From Isosphaeraceae bacterium (lineage in GTDB: Bacteria > Planctomycetota > Planctomycetia > Isosphaerales > Isosphaeraceae): a stretch of 64,000 nucleotides of DNA. Numbering within the stretch: the first letter of the stretch is position 1; every line of letters starts with the position of its first letter. The DNA is taken from positions 1-64,000 of the forward strand of contig CBDAVP010000001.1 in NCBI GenBank assembly GCA_965201075.1, given 5' to 3'. Made by a program: the position numbers and the translations under genes. This document shows, piece after piece, positions 37,369 to 47,661 of this stretch. The notes under the pieces were generated by a model. That model saw only the letters and a program-made list of their open reading frames with translations, had not been told where the DNA came from and searched no databases.

Positions 37369-38406
37369 TTGAAGACGTCGATCCGTCGAGCGTTCACTCT
37401 TATTGAATTGCTGGTCGTCATCGCCATCATCGGCGTGCTGATCGGCTTGCTCCTACCGGCGGTGCAGGCGGCTCGCGAGGCCGCCCGACGCGCTCAGTGC
37501 GTCAACAACCTCAAGCAAATCGGCCTGGCCCTGCACGGCTACCACGACGCGACCGGCAGCCTTCCCTGGGGCTTCGGCTGGGCTGGCGTCGATATCACCT
37601 GGTCTTACTCGAGCTCGATGCAGACCTTCCTGTTACCTTATATCGAGCAAGTCCCTCTCTATAACGCGTTGAACTTCATCGACGTGGGCTCGAGCGGGGT
37701 CGGGAATTTCAACCCGAACTGTGTCCAGAACCAGACGGTGTTCATCGCCACCATCAATGTGTTCCAGTGTCCCTCGGACCTGAACCGCATCACCGGTGCG
37801 CAGGGGACCACCAATTACTTCGCCAACACCGGGGCCGATAGCGACTCGTATCACCAATTCCCGGGTAGCTCGCCCGACAACTTCGTGGGAATCGCGACCT
37901 GGGGAGGCCAGCAGGGCGCCAAGGTCGTGGGCTTCAATCAGATCACCGATGGCCTGAGCCAGTCGATCGGCTTTACCGAGCACGTCAAGGGAATCGGCAC
38001 GGTCAACAACGTCGTCGACCCCGTGAAGCCGAGCGCGACGTATTATCTTCTGAGCGCGGCCCCCTCGGCGGTCAACCCCACGCTGGATTACAACTCGTGC
38101 AAGTCGCTCTCGACGCTCACGGCGACGCCGTACGCTGACCAGCCGTTTGGCTTGTTGTGGTTCAGCGGCTGGCACGTCAACTCGATGATTCCGCTGGTCA
38201 TGCCGCCCAACGCTCCCATCCAGTGCGCCTATCCCTTGACTTATGGCGGTTACTTCACCGGGCCGAGCAGTCGGCACAGCGGGGGCGCCAACGCGTTGTT
38301 CTGCGATGGCTCGGTCCGATTCCTGAAGGATAGCGTCAATCCTCAGACATTTTGGGCGGTGGCCACGATTCACGGTGGCGAGGTGGTCTCGCAGAGCGAC
38401 TACTGA
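37369..38406 (+). CDS. DUF1559 prepilin-type protein
   Basis: [14 protein letters not shown]...[33 protein letters not shown] start. Confidence 0.95.
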   Translation: MKTSIRRAFTLIELLVVIAIIGVLIGLLLPAVQAAREAARRAQCVNNLKQIGLALHGYHDATGSLPWGFGWAGVDITWSYSSSMQTFLLPYIEQVPLYNALNFIDVGSSGVGNFNPNCVQNQTVFIATINVFQCPSDLNRITGAQGTTNYFANTGADSDSYHQFPGSSPDNFVGIATWGGQQGAKVVGFNQITDGLSQSIGFTEHVKGIGTVNNVVDPVKPSATYYLLSAAPSAVNPTLDYNSCKSLSTLTATPYADQPFGLLWFSGWHVNSMIPLVMPPNAPIQCAYPLTYGGYFTGPSSRHSGGANALFCDGSVRFLKDSVNPQTFWAVATIHGGEVVSQSDY

Positions 38407-38452
38407 GTCGGAAGTTTCCCGAGTCGGCCTCGCGGGGGCAAGTTAATCAAAT

Positions 38453-38486
38453 CGAGCCGGCCGGAGGGTGTCCTCCGGCTGGCTCG
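38453..38486. terminator. Bidirectional hairpin between convergent genes
   Basis: CGAGCCGGCCGGAGG-gtgt-CCTCCGGCTGGCTCG. Confidence 0.65.
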
Positions 38487-38501
38487 TGGCTTGCGCGGGG
38501 G

Positions 38502-38897
38502 TCACGGCTTGGGGAAGGTGAGTTCCAGGGGGGCCATCCCCTCGGTGACCTCGACTTGCTGCTGAATGGCCATGATGTTCATGCCGGGGTTGAAGCCGGG
38601 AATCCCCGCGACGGTAACCTGATTGCCTCCAATGACGGTCTCAAGCTTGAAGGAGCCGTCAGGACCGATGTCCGAGGTGCCCGACGAGACCATTTTCCGC
38701 TCAACATTGGCGCCATTGAAGGTGATGGTCCCCTTGGTGGCGGGCTTGCCATCGTGCATGACCTTGCCGGTGACGGTGGTCTTGGTCATGGAAGAAGAGA
38801 CCGCCGGTCGGCCCGCAGTGCTGCCATCACAGCCGAGGAAACCGATCAGGGTCGCCGAGGTGCACAGACCGGCGGCGATTCGCGTCAGAAACGTCAT
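38502..38897 (-). CDS. Small lipoprotein, carboxypeptidase-regulatory-like fold (typical DUF1559 partner)
   Basis: Lipobox FLGC; VTGKVMHDGKP...GTITF...IGPDGSFKL. Confidence 0.8.
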   Translation of the reverse strand: MTFLTRIAAGLCTSATLIGFLGCDGSTAGRPAVSSSMTKTTVTGKVMHDGKPATKGTITFNGANVERKMVSSGTSDIGPDGSFKLETVIGGNQVTVAGIPGFNPGMNIMAIQQQVEVTEGMAPLELTFPKP

Positions 38898-39467
38898 TTC
38901 GGGAAACTCCCAGGCTCGTAAGAGGTACGGTCCCCAGGCAGGGAACCTTGATCCTACTGTCCTCGCTTCGGGGTACGATCGCAAGAAACCCTCGACAGAA
39001 TCGCCAGGAATTTCCGTCCCAGGGATTGGGCCCCTGCGGAACCGGGTGAGTCTGGATCATGTTGCTGGGCGGACGTCGCTCCTTGCGATCGAAGCGGACC
39101 GACCTGATCCGTCGAATACCCCAATGCAAAGGCCGGCGCGGATCGAAATGCCGTTGAGAAGAAGAGTCTCGACGCTTTTCCGGGCGAGGGGGGGTGTGAT
39201 GCCAGATTTTGAACCGTAACTCCACGAATACGATAGAATTTCTCAAAAAATGAGCTTTACCCCCTAGACATTTTGGGGGGCATGAGTCACGATAGTTCTA
39301 CCTTTCGCGCTACTTGCCATTGTCATATCTCCCGGCAAGATTTCCTCTCGCGAGGACGCAGGGCGAAACTCTTGCGTCGATGTTCTATTTTGACGAATGT
39401 ACGACGCAGGTTTCTTATTGTCCCATCACCTCGTTCCCCATTCGTAAGTCGTCCCAAGGAGATTCCC

Positions 39468-40499
39468 ATGAGGCAGTCACGCCGTCGAGCCTTCACGCTC
39501 ATCGAATTGCTAGTGGTCATCGCCATCATCGGCGTTTTGATTGGCCTGCTGCTGCCGGCGGTCCAGGCGGCTCGCGAGGCGGCCCGTCGGGCCCAATGTG
39601 TCAACAACCTGAAGCAGATCGGGTTGTCCATGCACAACTACCACGACGTCACGGGCGGTTTGCCCTGGGGATTTGGTTGGGACGCCACCTACCCCTGGGG
39701 GCTGACCAGCTCGATGCAGACCTACTATTTGCCTTACATGGAGCAGCAGATCCTTTACAATGCGATCAACTTCGTGGACACGGGCGATGCCGGCGCGGGC
39801 GGGGCGTTTTACTTCGACTCTCCCCGCAACACCACGGCGTTCTACAGCAAGGTCGACGCCTTCCTTTGCCCTTCCGACCTCGATCGCCTGACCAACGCTG
39901 GCGGCCACATCAATTACATGGCCTGCGCCGGGGCCAATGGTGATATCTACAATGAGAAGGCGGGCTCGCCCGACAATTTCACCGGGATCGCCCCGTTCCT
40001 GGGTCGGTTCCACAAGGCCTACAGTTTCCGCGACATCACCGATGGGTTGAGCCAGACTTTCGCCTTCTCCGAGTCCGTCAAGGGCATCGGCACCGGCATG
40101 GCCTTCGATAGCCTGTCTCCCAGCTCCACGATTTACGCATCCTCGACCGCCGCGACCGGTATTCCCCAGGGCGACTACAACAATTGTAAGTCGTTCTCGC
40201 CCACCCCGACGAGCCCGGTCGACGCCAACTCACAACCCTTCGGTTATGGGTGGATGAGCGGCTGGAACGTCTGCACCCGCATGCCGTTCGTGATGCCCCC
40301 CAACTCACAAGTCCAGTGTCGCTCCGTGACCCCAACCAGCAATTTCATGACCGGCCCGACCAGCCACCATTCCGGCGGGGTGAATGCCATGTTCTGCGAC
40401 GGGTCGGTGAGGTTCATCAAAAGCAGCATCGGTCTGCCGGTCTTCTGGGGACTGGCGACCATCCACAACGGCGAGGTCGTCTCTCAGAGCGACTACTGA
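39468..40499 (+). CDS. DUF1559 prepilin-type protein (paralog of 37369)
   Basis: Same N-terminus and GEVVSQSDY end; AAGGAG RBS. Confidence 0.95.
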   Translation: MRQSRRRAFTLIELLVVIAIIGVLIGLLLPAVQAAREAARRAQCVNNLKQIGLSMHNYHDVTGGLPWGFGWDATYPWGLTSSMQTYYLPYMEQQILYNAINFVDTGDAGAGGAFYFDSPRNTTAFYSKVDAFLCPSDLDRLTNAGGHINYMACAGANGDIYNEKAGSPDNFTGIAPFLGRFHKAYSFRDITDGLSQTFAFSESVKGIGTGMAFDSLSPSSTIYASSTAATGIPQGDYNNCKSFSPTPTSPVDANSQPFGYGWMSGWNVCTRMPFVMPPNSQVQCRSVTPTSNFMTGPTSHHSGGVNAMFCDGSVRFIKSSIGLPVFWGLATIHNGEVVSQSDY

Positions 40500-41072
40500 G
40501 TCGGGTTGACCAGCTCACCCTCGATACAATCGCGAGCCGGTCGGGACTTGCTCTCGTCCGGCTCTTGGTTTGCGCGGGGAGTTGGTTGGACGGCAATCGC
40601 TCGACAGGCCCCAGGGTGATGGCCGCACCGTCGGGGCGGGTCCGGACGGTTGGATGGTCTGGGCCGCCTGACAATGGTTCAAAGAGAATTCGTCGGGCGA
40701 GTCCCGTTGCGGGTCGGGGAGGGCGCCGCGTAGGATAGTTGGACTTTCCCACTTGCGAATGGGCTACCAGGGATTGGACCTTTTTGGACTTCGACCACTG
40801 TCAGGTCGAGGTCCAACATCCCGTGGGCCATTCTCGTAGTTGGGGAGGACCAAAGCCCCCATGGCGAACTGGGGGCGGGCTCGACTGGCCCGGTCTGAAC
40901 CGCCACACTTTCCCGAGGCGGTCCGCGGGCCCGCCCTCCCGAGGATGCCCGCTCCCTCGACCTTCGGCGCAGGGGAGATCTCTCCTCGAAGTCCGGTCGG
41001 GCCTTTGGCTGTGGCGATGCGGGCGAGGATGGCTGAGGTTGGGACGATCCGAGGCGGCGGGAGGTCTCAGGC

Positions 41073-43766
41073 ATGCAGTTCCGGAAGATCCTGGCCTTGC
41101 GAGGCCCGAATCTGTGGGCCAGGTTTCCCGTCATGGAACTGTGGGTCGACCTGGGCCCATACCGGGAAGCTCCCTCCGATACCTTGCCCGGGTTCGCCGA
41201 CCGCCTGATGGCCTGGCTGCCGACGATGGTCGAACACCGCTGCGGCCTGGGCTATCGCGGGGGTTTCTTCGAGCGTCTGCGCACCGGCACTTACATGGGC
41301 CACATCCTCGAACACGTCACCCTGGAACTCCAGGGATTGGCCGGGACCGAGGTCGGCTACGGCAAGGCGCGCGAGACCAGCGAGGAAGGCGTCTACAAGG
41401 TCGTCATCGAGTACGAGGAGGAAGAGCTGGTCCGGGCGGCCATCGAGGTCGCTCACCGCTTGCTCGAGGCGGCCGTCCATGACTCGCCGTTTGACGTGGC
41501 CGCCGAGGTCGCGACCTTACGGGACCTCAACCACAAGGTCAAACTCGGTCCGAGCACCGCGGCCATCGTCGAAGCGGCCCGCAAGCGAGGGATTCCGGCC
41601 CGCCGGCTCAATGCCGACAGCCTGGTGATGCTGGGCAACGGGTCCCGCCAGCGTCGTATCGTCGCGGCCGAAACCGACGCGGTGAGCGCCATCTCCGAGG
41701 CGATCGCCCAGGACAAGGAGTTGACCCGCGACTTGCTCCGGGCCGTCGGCGTGCCCGTGCCCGAGGGGCGTCCGGTCTCTGATGCCGACGATGCCTGGGC
41801 CGCGGCGCAATCGTTGGGTGGGGCGGTGGTCGTCAAGCCGCAGTACGGCAACCAGGGACGCGGCGTCGCCACCAACTTGCGGACTCGCGAGCAGGTGCTG
41901 GCCGCCTACGCCGCGGCTCGGGACGAAAGTTCGAGCATCCTGGTCGAGCAGTTCGCCCCCGGGGCCGACCACCGCTTGCTGGTCGTCGGCGGCCGAGTGG
42001 TGGCGGCTTCTCGCCGAGAGCCGGCCCAGGTCGTCGGCGATGGCGAGTCGACCGTGAAGCGGCTGGTGGAGACGGTCAACGCCGACCCGCGTCGCGTCGA
42101 CAACCACGCCGCGGCCCTGAGCCCGATCAAGCTCGACGCGATCGCGCGGGCGGTCCTGGCCGAGCAGGGTTATGGGCCCGACTCGGTGCCGACGGCCGGG
42201 GTGACGGTGCTTTGCCGACGCAACGCGAACCTCAGCACCGGCGGGACCGCGGCCGACGTGACCGACCTGGTTCATCCCGACGTCGCGGCCAGGGCCGTCG
42301 ACGCGGCAAGGGTCGTCGGCCTGGACGTGGCCGGCGTCGATGTGGTGGCCACCAACATCGCCCGGCCCCTGGAGGAACAGGGCGGGGTTGTCGTGGAAGT
42401 CAACGCCGGGCCTGGCTTGCGGATGCACCTGGAACCTTCCAGCGGCAAGCCCCGAGACGTCGGCCGGGCAATCGTCGACCTGATGTTCCCCGGAGACCAC
42501 GACGGCCGGGTGCCTATCGTGGCCGTCACCGGCGTCAACGGCAAGACGACCACGACGAGGCTGGTCGCCCACATGCTCACCCAGGCCGGCAAGGTGGTGG
42601 GTCTAACCTGCACCGATGGAGTCTACATCGGCGGACGGCGGATCGAGGCCGGCGATTGCAGCGGGCCCAAAAGCGCTCGTCGGGTCCTGCTGAATCCCGC
42701 CGTCGAGGCCGCGGCGCTGGAAGTGGCGCGAGGGGGTATCCTCCGCGAAGGGCTCGGATTCGACGCCTGCGACGTGGGCGTGGTGATGAACATCGGCGAG
42801 GGAGACCACCTGGGACTGGGCGACATCCAGACCCTGGAGAAGCTGGCCCAGGTCAAGCGCGTGGTCGTGGAGTCGGCCAGCGGCGCGGCGGTTCTGAAGG
42901 CGGATGACCCCCTGACCGCCGCGATGGCCGAGCATTGCCCCGGCGAGGTCCTGTTCTTCGCCCGAGACGAGCACGCCCCGGTACTGGCCAGTCACCGCAC
43001 GCGCGGGGGACGTTCGGCCTTCGTCAGGGAGAATCGCGTCATCCTCTGCGACGGCGGTCGCGAGGAGATGTTGATTCCCCTGAACCGGGTGCCGCTGACC
43101 TATGGCGGGCGGATCGGGTTCCAGGTGGAAAACGTGCTGGCGGCCTCGGCGGCGGCCTGGGCGCTGGGGGTCTCGATGGTGGCGATCCGGGCGGCGTTGG
43201 AGTCGTTCTCCAGCGACGGCAAGACGACCCCGGGCCGGTTCAACGTCCTTCATGCCGGCGGGGCGTGCGTGATTGTGGATTACGGGCACAACCCCTCGGC
43301 GCTGGAGGCTCTGATCGAGGCGGTCGACCAGTTTCCCCACCGTCGACGCACGTCGGTCTTCTCCGCGGCCGGCGACCGTCGCGATGAGGACATCATCCGC
43401 CAGGGGCGTCAGGTCGCCGACGCCTTCGACCGTGTCATCCTCTACGAGGACGCCTGCAATCGCGGCCGGGACGACGGAGCAATCATCGCCCTGCTGCGTC
43501 AAGGGACGGCGCAAGGTAAGCGAGCCAGGTCCGTCGAGGACGTCCGCGGCGAGGTCCTGGGGGCCGAGATGGCGCTTTCGGCCATGGAACCAGGCGACCT
43601 GGTGGTGATCCAGGCTGACCAGGTGGAGGAAACCCTGGGGTACGTCGCCCGTCGGCTTTCGGAACTCTTCCCGCCGACACCGGCGATCTCCGACGAGCCA
43701 ATCGCCCCGGTGGATCTCGACGCTACGTCCGGGGTCGAACCGGCGCCCGTCGCCCTGCATCGCTGA
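41073..43766 (+). CDS. cphA: Cyanophycin synthetase
   Basis: ALRGPNLW, Cx19HxxEH N domain, ATP-grasp (VVKP..GNQGRGV, NANLSTGGT, EVNAGPG), Mur-ligase domain (VTGVNGKTTT, DYGHNP). Confidence 0.96.
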   Translation: MQFRKILALRGPNLWARFPVMELWVDLGPYREAPSDTLPGFADRLMAWLPTMVEHRCGLGYRGGFFERLRTGTYMGHILEHVTLELQGLAGTEVGYGKARETSEEGVYKVVIEYEEEELVRAAIEVAHRLLEAAVHDSPFDVAAEVATLRDLNHKVKLGPSTAAIVEAARKRGIPARRLNADSLVMLGNGSRQRRIVAAETDAVSAISEAIAQDKELTRDLLRAVGVPVPEGRPVSDADDAWAAAQSLGGAVVVKPQYGNQGRGVATNLRTREQVLAAYAAARDESSSILVEQFAPGADHRLLVVGGRVVAASRREPAQVVGDGESTVKRLVETVNADPRRVDNHAAALSPIKLDAIARAVLAEQGYGPDSVPTAGVTVLCRRNANLSTGGTAADVTDLVHPDVAARAVDAARVVGLDVAGVDVVATNIARPLEEQGGVVVEVNAGPGLRMHLEPSSGKPRDVGRAIVDLMFPGDHDGRVPIVAVTGVNGKTTTTRLVAHMLTQAGKVVGLTCTDGVYIGGRRIEAGDCSGPKSARRVLLNPAVEAAALEVARGGILREGLGFDACDVGVVMNIGEGDHLGLGDIQTLEKLAQVKRVVVESASGAAVLKADDPLTAAMAEHCPGEVLFFARDEHAPVLASHRTRGGRSAFVRENRVILCDGGREEMLIPLNRVPLTYGGRIGFQVENVLAASAAAWALGVSMVAIRAALESFSSDGKTTPGRFNVLHAGGACVIVDYGHNPSALEALIEAVDQFPHRRRTSVFSAAGDRRDEDIIRQGRQVADAFDRVILYEDACNRGRDDGAIIALLRQGTAQGKRARSVEDVRGEVLGAEMALSAMEPGDLVVIQADQVEETLGYVARRLSELFPPTPAISDEPIAPVDLDATSGVEPAPVALHR

Positions 43767-43773
43767 GGCCCTG

Positions 43774-44319
43774 ATGGATAAACAGGGGCCATTTCCCTCA
43801 ACCGACGGCGTCGGTGGCGATCCCCAAGGACCGACCGCCGACGCCCACCCTTGCCCCCGCCCTTTCGGCCTGAGGCGCGACGAGTGGGGGCGGTTGGTGC
43901 TGGTCGACGCCAACGGCCTGCGCCACGTCGGCGTCGAGGCGGTTCGGGCCTTCCCCTTCTCCGACCCCCACCGAGGCATCGCTCTCTGCGACGCCGAGGG
44001 GCGTGAGGTCGCGTGGGTGGACGACCCGTCAACACTCTCATCGGCGACCCGCGCCTTGCTGGAAGAGGAGTTGACGACTCACGAATTCGTGCCTGTCCTG
44101 CGCCGGATCGTTCACATCCACGGCGACGCGACCCCGGCCGATTGGGACGTGGAGACCGACCGTGGAATGACTCGCTTCACCCTCAAGGCCGAGGAAGACG
44201 TCCGCCGGCTGGGGGACCACGCAACCCTGGTCGTCGACGCTCACGGCATCCGCTACCTCATCCCCGACATCCGCGTCCTGGACGGCCACAGTCGGCGGTT
44301 GTTGGAGCGCTATGCGTGA
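43774..44319 (+). CDS. DUF1854-family cyanophycin-associated protein
   Basis: VEAVRAFPFSDP...EFVP...WDVETDRG...VVDAHGIRYLIPD. Confidence 0.88.
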   Translation: MDKQGPFPSTDGVGGDPQGPTADAHPCPRPFGLRRDEWGRLVLVDANGLRHVGVEAVRAFPFSDPHRGIALCDAEGREVAWVDDPSTLSSATRALLEEELTTHEFVPVLRRIVHIHGDATPADWDVETDRGMTRFTLKAEEDVRRLGDHATLVVDAHGIRYLIPDIRVLDGHSRRLLERYA

Positions 44320-44335
44320 GCGATGAGGCGCGGTG

Positions 44336-44710
44336 TCACTTCGCCCGGCCCCTCAGTGCATAGCCCAATGTGCCGGAGATAATCGTGTTCAGGAGCGTCC
44401 TGGCCCAGACCGTGTCCGGGTAATGAGAGGGAAGCAGGATGACGCCGACACAGACCGCGAAGGCGGCCAGGATCAACACGCCGACAAGGATCAGGGTGAT
44501 AGACTCCCGCCAGATGGCATGCGTCTCTTCACGAGCTTCTTTCCTCAGACGACGATCGCGATCTTCGATAGATTCGTGCGTCTCGGTGGATGAGAATTCT
44601 CTTTTCACCGTCTGGCCGAGAAGGTTTGCCTCGGGAGTGAGTTCCGGTGGTGAGGCAGCCGCCTTTCGTGCCTTCTTCCTGATCGGCTGAGGATCCATCT
44701 CCGGCGGCAT
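44336..44710 (-). CDS. Small two-TM hypothetical protein
   Basis: Charged N-terminus, TM ITLILVGVLILAAFAVCVGVILL, and WARTLLNTIISGTLGYAL. Confidence 0.65.
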   Translation of the reverse strand: MPPEMDPQPIRKKARKAAASPPELTPEANLLGQTVKREFSSTETHESIEDRDRRLRKEAREETHAIWRESITLILVGVLILAAFAVCVGVILLPSHYPDTVWARTLLNTIISGTLGYALRGRAK

Positions 44711-44716
44711 GCTCGG

Positions 44717-45133
44717 TCAGACTCCACCGATTTCGTAGAGGATTTCATCGTCCTCGTTCAAGATCGCGAGCCGATTCTCATCCAGGCTCGCTTGCCGAGC
44801 AATCTTCAACAATCCCAGGGCCTTGAGGATGACCGGCCCGATCTCAATACCATAAAAGGCCGCGAAGTCCTGGAGCGACGCATCGATCCCGGCTGAGATC
44901 CGGAGTTCCAAGGGCACAAGCCCGTCGGGGCCGAGCCGTTTCCGCCTCTCTTTGTCCCTGGCACGTCTTTCCGAAGCGTTCTCCGAGTCGTGGTCCATTT
45001 CGGGCCTGACTGCGCGGACGATCCCGCTAGATGGATCGCGCAACAACACGTAGTCCGAGCCGGGCACCCGGCCGATCATGGTTCCTAGATCGTAAACCGT
45101 CTCGGAGTTGGGCGTACCTTCGACTTCAGGCAT
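44717..45133 (-). CDS. Hypothetical protein with C-terminal CopG/RHH-like domain
   Basis: GGAGG RBS; LELRIS...VILKALGLLKIA...RLAILNEDDEILYEIGGV. Confidence 0.6.
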   Translation of the reverse strand: MPEVEGTPNSETVYDLGTMIGRVPGSDYVLLRDPSSGIVRAVRPEMDHDSENASERRARDKERRKRLGPDGLVPLELRISAGIDASLQDFAAFYGIEIGPVILKALGLLKIARQASLDENRLAILNEDDEILYEIGGV

Positions 45134-45288
45134 TGTCACCTCCGGCGAGCACGCCTGGCGATCCGTCCTCGACGACATCAAGGATAATCCAGCGGCAGGC
45201 CGGAAGGTAGGCCGCTTCCCGATCCGAGGGACGGGTGGTGGGCGCTTCGTCCAATTGGCGTCCGATGATTGCGCGAATGCCCGATCCC

Positions 45289-47079
45289 TCAGCGTGCCTC
45301 GCGGTCGTTAATCCACTGGCGAAGCGTGTTCGCGGGGATGCCCAGCGCCTTCTCGGCGGGGGACGGGCCGCCGAGGTGAGAGACCGCGTAGCAACGCCAG
45401 AGGTCTTCCCAGACGGGCAGGGGAATTGGTGGGGCCTCGGGCCGGGCGGCGCGGGCCGACTCGATGGCTGGCCAGGCTGCGGGGAGAATCGCGTCGAAGA
45501 GGGCATCGGCCAGGGCATGGGCCTCGGGCTCGGGCAGCGATTGACCTTTCGCCAGGATCTTCGCCGCGAGCGCCCGGAGGCGGCGTTGCCACTCGTTGAG
45601 CGAGCCCGCCGTCGCGGTTGGCGGTGGGGCGGAGACGGGAAACGCGATGGGGTTCGACGCGACGAGGGGGTTCGCGGTGGTGGCTTCGGAGTGCGGCAGG
45701 AAAGGAAGGAGTTGGGACCAGGTCAGCAGGTCGGTTTCGCGGTAATGGCGATAGATGGCCCGCTCAATGACGTTGCGCAACTCTCGGCTATTGCTGTCGG
45801 CGAAGGGCTCGGCGCGGAGGTGGGCCAGGGCGTCGTCGGCAAGCTCGACGTCGCTGCTCAGTTCGGCCGACACGGCGCGGGCCAGCCAGCGGGCCTGGGC
45901 GTCGATGTCGTCGGGCCGCTCTCGCAGGGGGGGAATGGCCAGCGGCAGACGCTCGACCCTAGCGAGGAAGGCGGGGGGGAGCTCTCCCGAACGCCGACGC
46001 TCCTGCCAGGGGCCCGTTTCCACCGTCAGCAAGACGGCGGCCTCGGCGTGACGCCGCTGTTCTTCCTCGCCAAGACGGCTGTACTCGCCGTCTTCCAGGA
46101 ACGAGTGGAGGATGGCCGAGCAGGCGTTGGGCAGCCGGTGGAAGTCGTCGAGCAGGACCACCCCCTTTCCGGCCGAGGCGACCAGGCCGGGGCGGTCCTC
46201 CCGGGCGTCGGTGAAGGCGCCCCGTCGGTGGCCGAACAAGATGCTCCGCAGGAGAGTCTCGTTGGTCAGTTCATTGCAAGAGGCGACGGCCATCGGCGCC
46301 TTGCGTCGCTCGGACGCGGCGTGGAAGAGCGCGGCGAGGCCGCGTTTGCCGGTGCCGCTCTCGCCGTCCAGCAGCACGCAGGGCAGGGGGCGGCGGCTGC
46401 GGGCCATCCCCGTACGCGTTGACGGAGACTCGGCGCCCAGCAGGCGGGCCAGGTCGAACAGGTGCGCCAGCGTCGTACCGAAGGCGTCGGACTGGTAAAC
46501 CAGGCCCTGCTCGGTGATCGCCTCGGCGAAGGCGGCCACGGCGGGGTCGGCCAGGTGCTGGTGGGCCGACCGCACGACCAGTTCGGCCAGTGAGGCGTCT
46601 CCCCCTTTACGGACAAACCGCTCAGCCGGGAACCCCTCGGGACGCGGGTAGGCCGAGTACAGCAGACCAACCACCTCGGGCCGGATGCGGGCGATCTCCT
46701 CGACGAACAGGTGCCCGGCGCGCTGGCCTCCGGCGTCGTCGGAGAATCTGAGATCCGAGACGACCACGGCGAAAAGTTGCTCGTTCAGTAGCTTGCGGGC
46801 CAGGTCGAACCGTCCGCCCCGTTCCAGAACCAGATGAAGGTGGGCGTGGTGAGGCGATCGGTGGCGGTAGGTGGCGACGCGATCGCTGGCGAAGCCGTGG
46901 GCCGTGACCTTAACGTGGACCGGCGAGCCGGCCGAGGGGGATTCGCCCGGCCGGGTCGCCGAGGAAAGCGCTGGGTCCTTGCCGAAGCCTTTCGCCAGGT
47001 CGTGGGCAAAGCCGGGGACCAGCGACTCCAGGACGCGCGGGTCGTCGTCCAGGACCATGATGTGCGGAATCCAGGGCAT
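45289..47079 (-). CDS. Atypical sigma54-dependent activator (receiver-AAA+-HTH)
   Basis: VLDDD/SDLRF receiver, GESGTGK, LFGHRRGAFTDA, IPPLRER, NSRELRN, ALGIPANTLRQW. Confidence 0.85.
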   Translation of the reverse strand: MPWIPHIMVLDDDPRVLESLVPGFAHDLAKGFGKDPALSSATRPGESPSAGSPVHVKVTAHGFASDRVATYRHRSPHHAHLHLVLERGGRFDLARKLLNEQLFAVVVSDLRFSDDAGGQRAGHLFVEEIARIRPEVVGLLYSAYPRPEGFPAERFVRKGGDASLAELVVRSAHQHLADPAVAAFAEAITEQGLVYQSDAFGTTLAHLFDLARLLGAESPSTRTGMARSRRPLPCVLLDGESGTGKRGLAALFHAASERRKAPMAVASCNELTNETLLRSILFGHRRGAFTDAREDRPGLVASAGKGVVLLDDFHRLPNACSAILHSFLEDGEYSRLGEEEQRRHAEAAVLLTVETGPWQERRRSGELPPAFLARVERLPLAIPPLRERPDDIDAQARWLARAVSAELSSDVELADDALAHLRAEPFADSNSRELRNVIERAIYRHYRETDLLTWSQLLPFLPHSEATTANPLVASNPIAFPVSAPPPTATAGSLNEWQRRLRALAAKILAKGQSLPEPEAHALADALFDAILPAAWPAIESARAARPEAPPIPLPVWEDLWRCYAVSHLGGPSPAEKALGIPANTLRQWINDREAR

Positions 47080-47184
47080 CACCGCTCCCTTTTCCTCGCC
47101 CCGGAGACGCCCCCCGCGCAACCCCTTGGCGAGCCGGACCAATCTACCCGAAATCGCCAAGAGGTGGGAACCGGCCGCGAGGGC

Positions 47185-47661
47185 TCAGGGGGTCCGCAGC
47201 GACATCCCCGCCTGGACCGGGGTCGTCGGACCGGGAAGCTGGTCGCGGTTGGCCGATCGCAGGATCGAGACCGCCGACTCGTCGCCGTAAACTCGCCAGG
47301 CGACGTCGGCCAGCGTTTCCGCCTCGCGAACTTGACTAAACGCCGACGCGGGCGACCGTCGTTGCGGCGCCCGAGCGGGAGGATGCGCCGCCGTCTTCTT
47401 CTTCGTCGGAGACTCGTCCGCCGGCCCAATCTCGGAGCGAGACACCCTTGAGATACGTACCGGGCGGGACCGTGCGGCGATCGGGGCGGGCGAGGGGGAC
47501 GGTTCGCCATCAGGGGTCGAGGCAGGAATCTCCGCCTCGGGCTCGAAGGCCGGCGGCGTCAGCGCCAATCCCGGCGGTGCGTCGGGCCGAAAAAAGGCGA
47601 TCGCCACCAGTGCGATGACCGCGAAACTCATCAAGGCCGCGAGAGTCGAATCTCTGAGCAT
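47185..47661 (-). CDS. Membrane-anchored LysM-domain protein
   Basis: N-terminal TM; VREAETLADVAWRVYGD...ANRD...GMSLRTP. Confidence 0.8.
   Translation of the reverse strand: MLRDSTLAALMSFAVIALVAIAFFRPDAPPGLALTPPAFEPEAEIPASTPDGEPSPSPAPIAARSRPVRISRVSRSEIGPADESPTKKKTAAHPPARAPQRRSPASAFSQVREAETLADVAWRVYGDESAVSILRSANRDQLPGPTTPVQAGMSLRTP

Noticed and set aside
37369..40499. Diversity-generating retroelement acting on the DUF1559 paralogs
   Set aside because: No reverse transcriptase, and the differences are not adenine-specific.
40500..41072. Riboswitch or ORF in the long region upstream of cphA
   Set aside because: No recognisable consensus or convincing coding frame.
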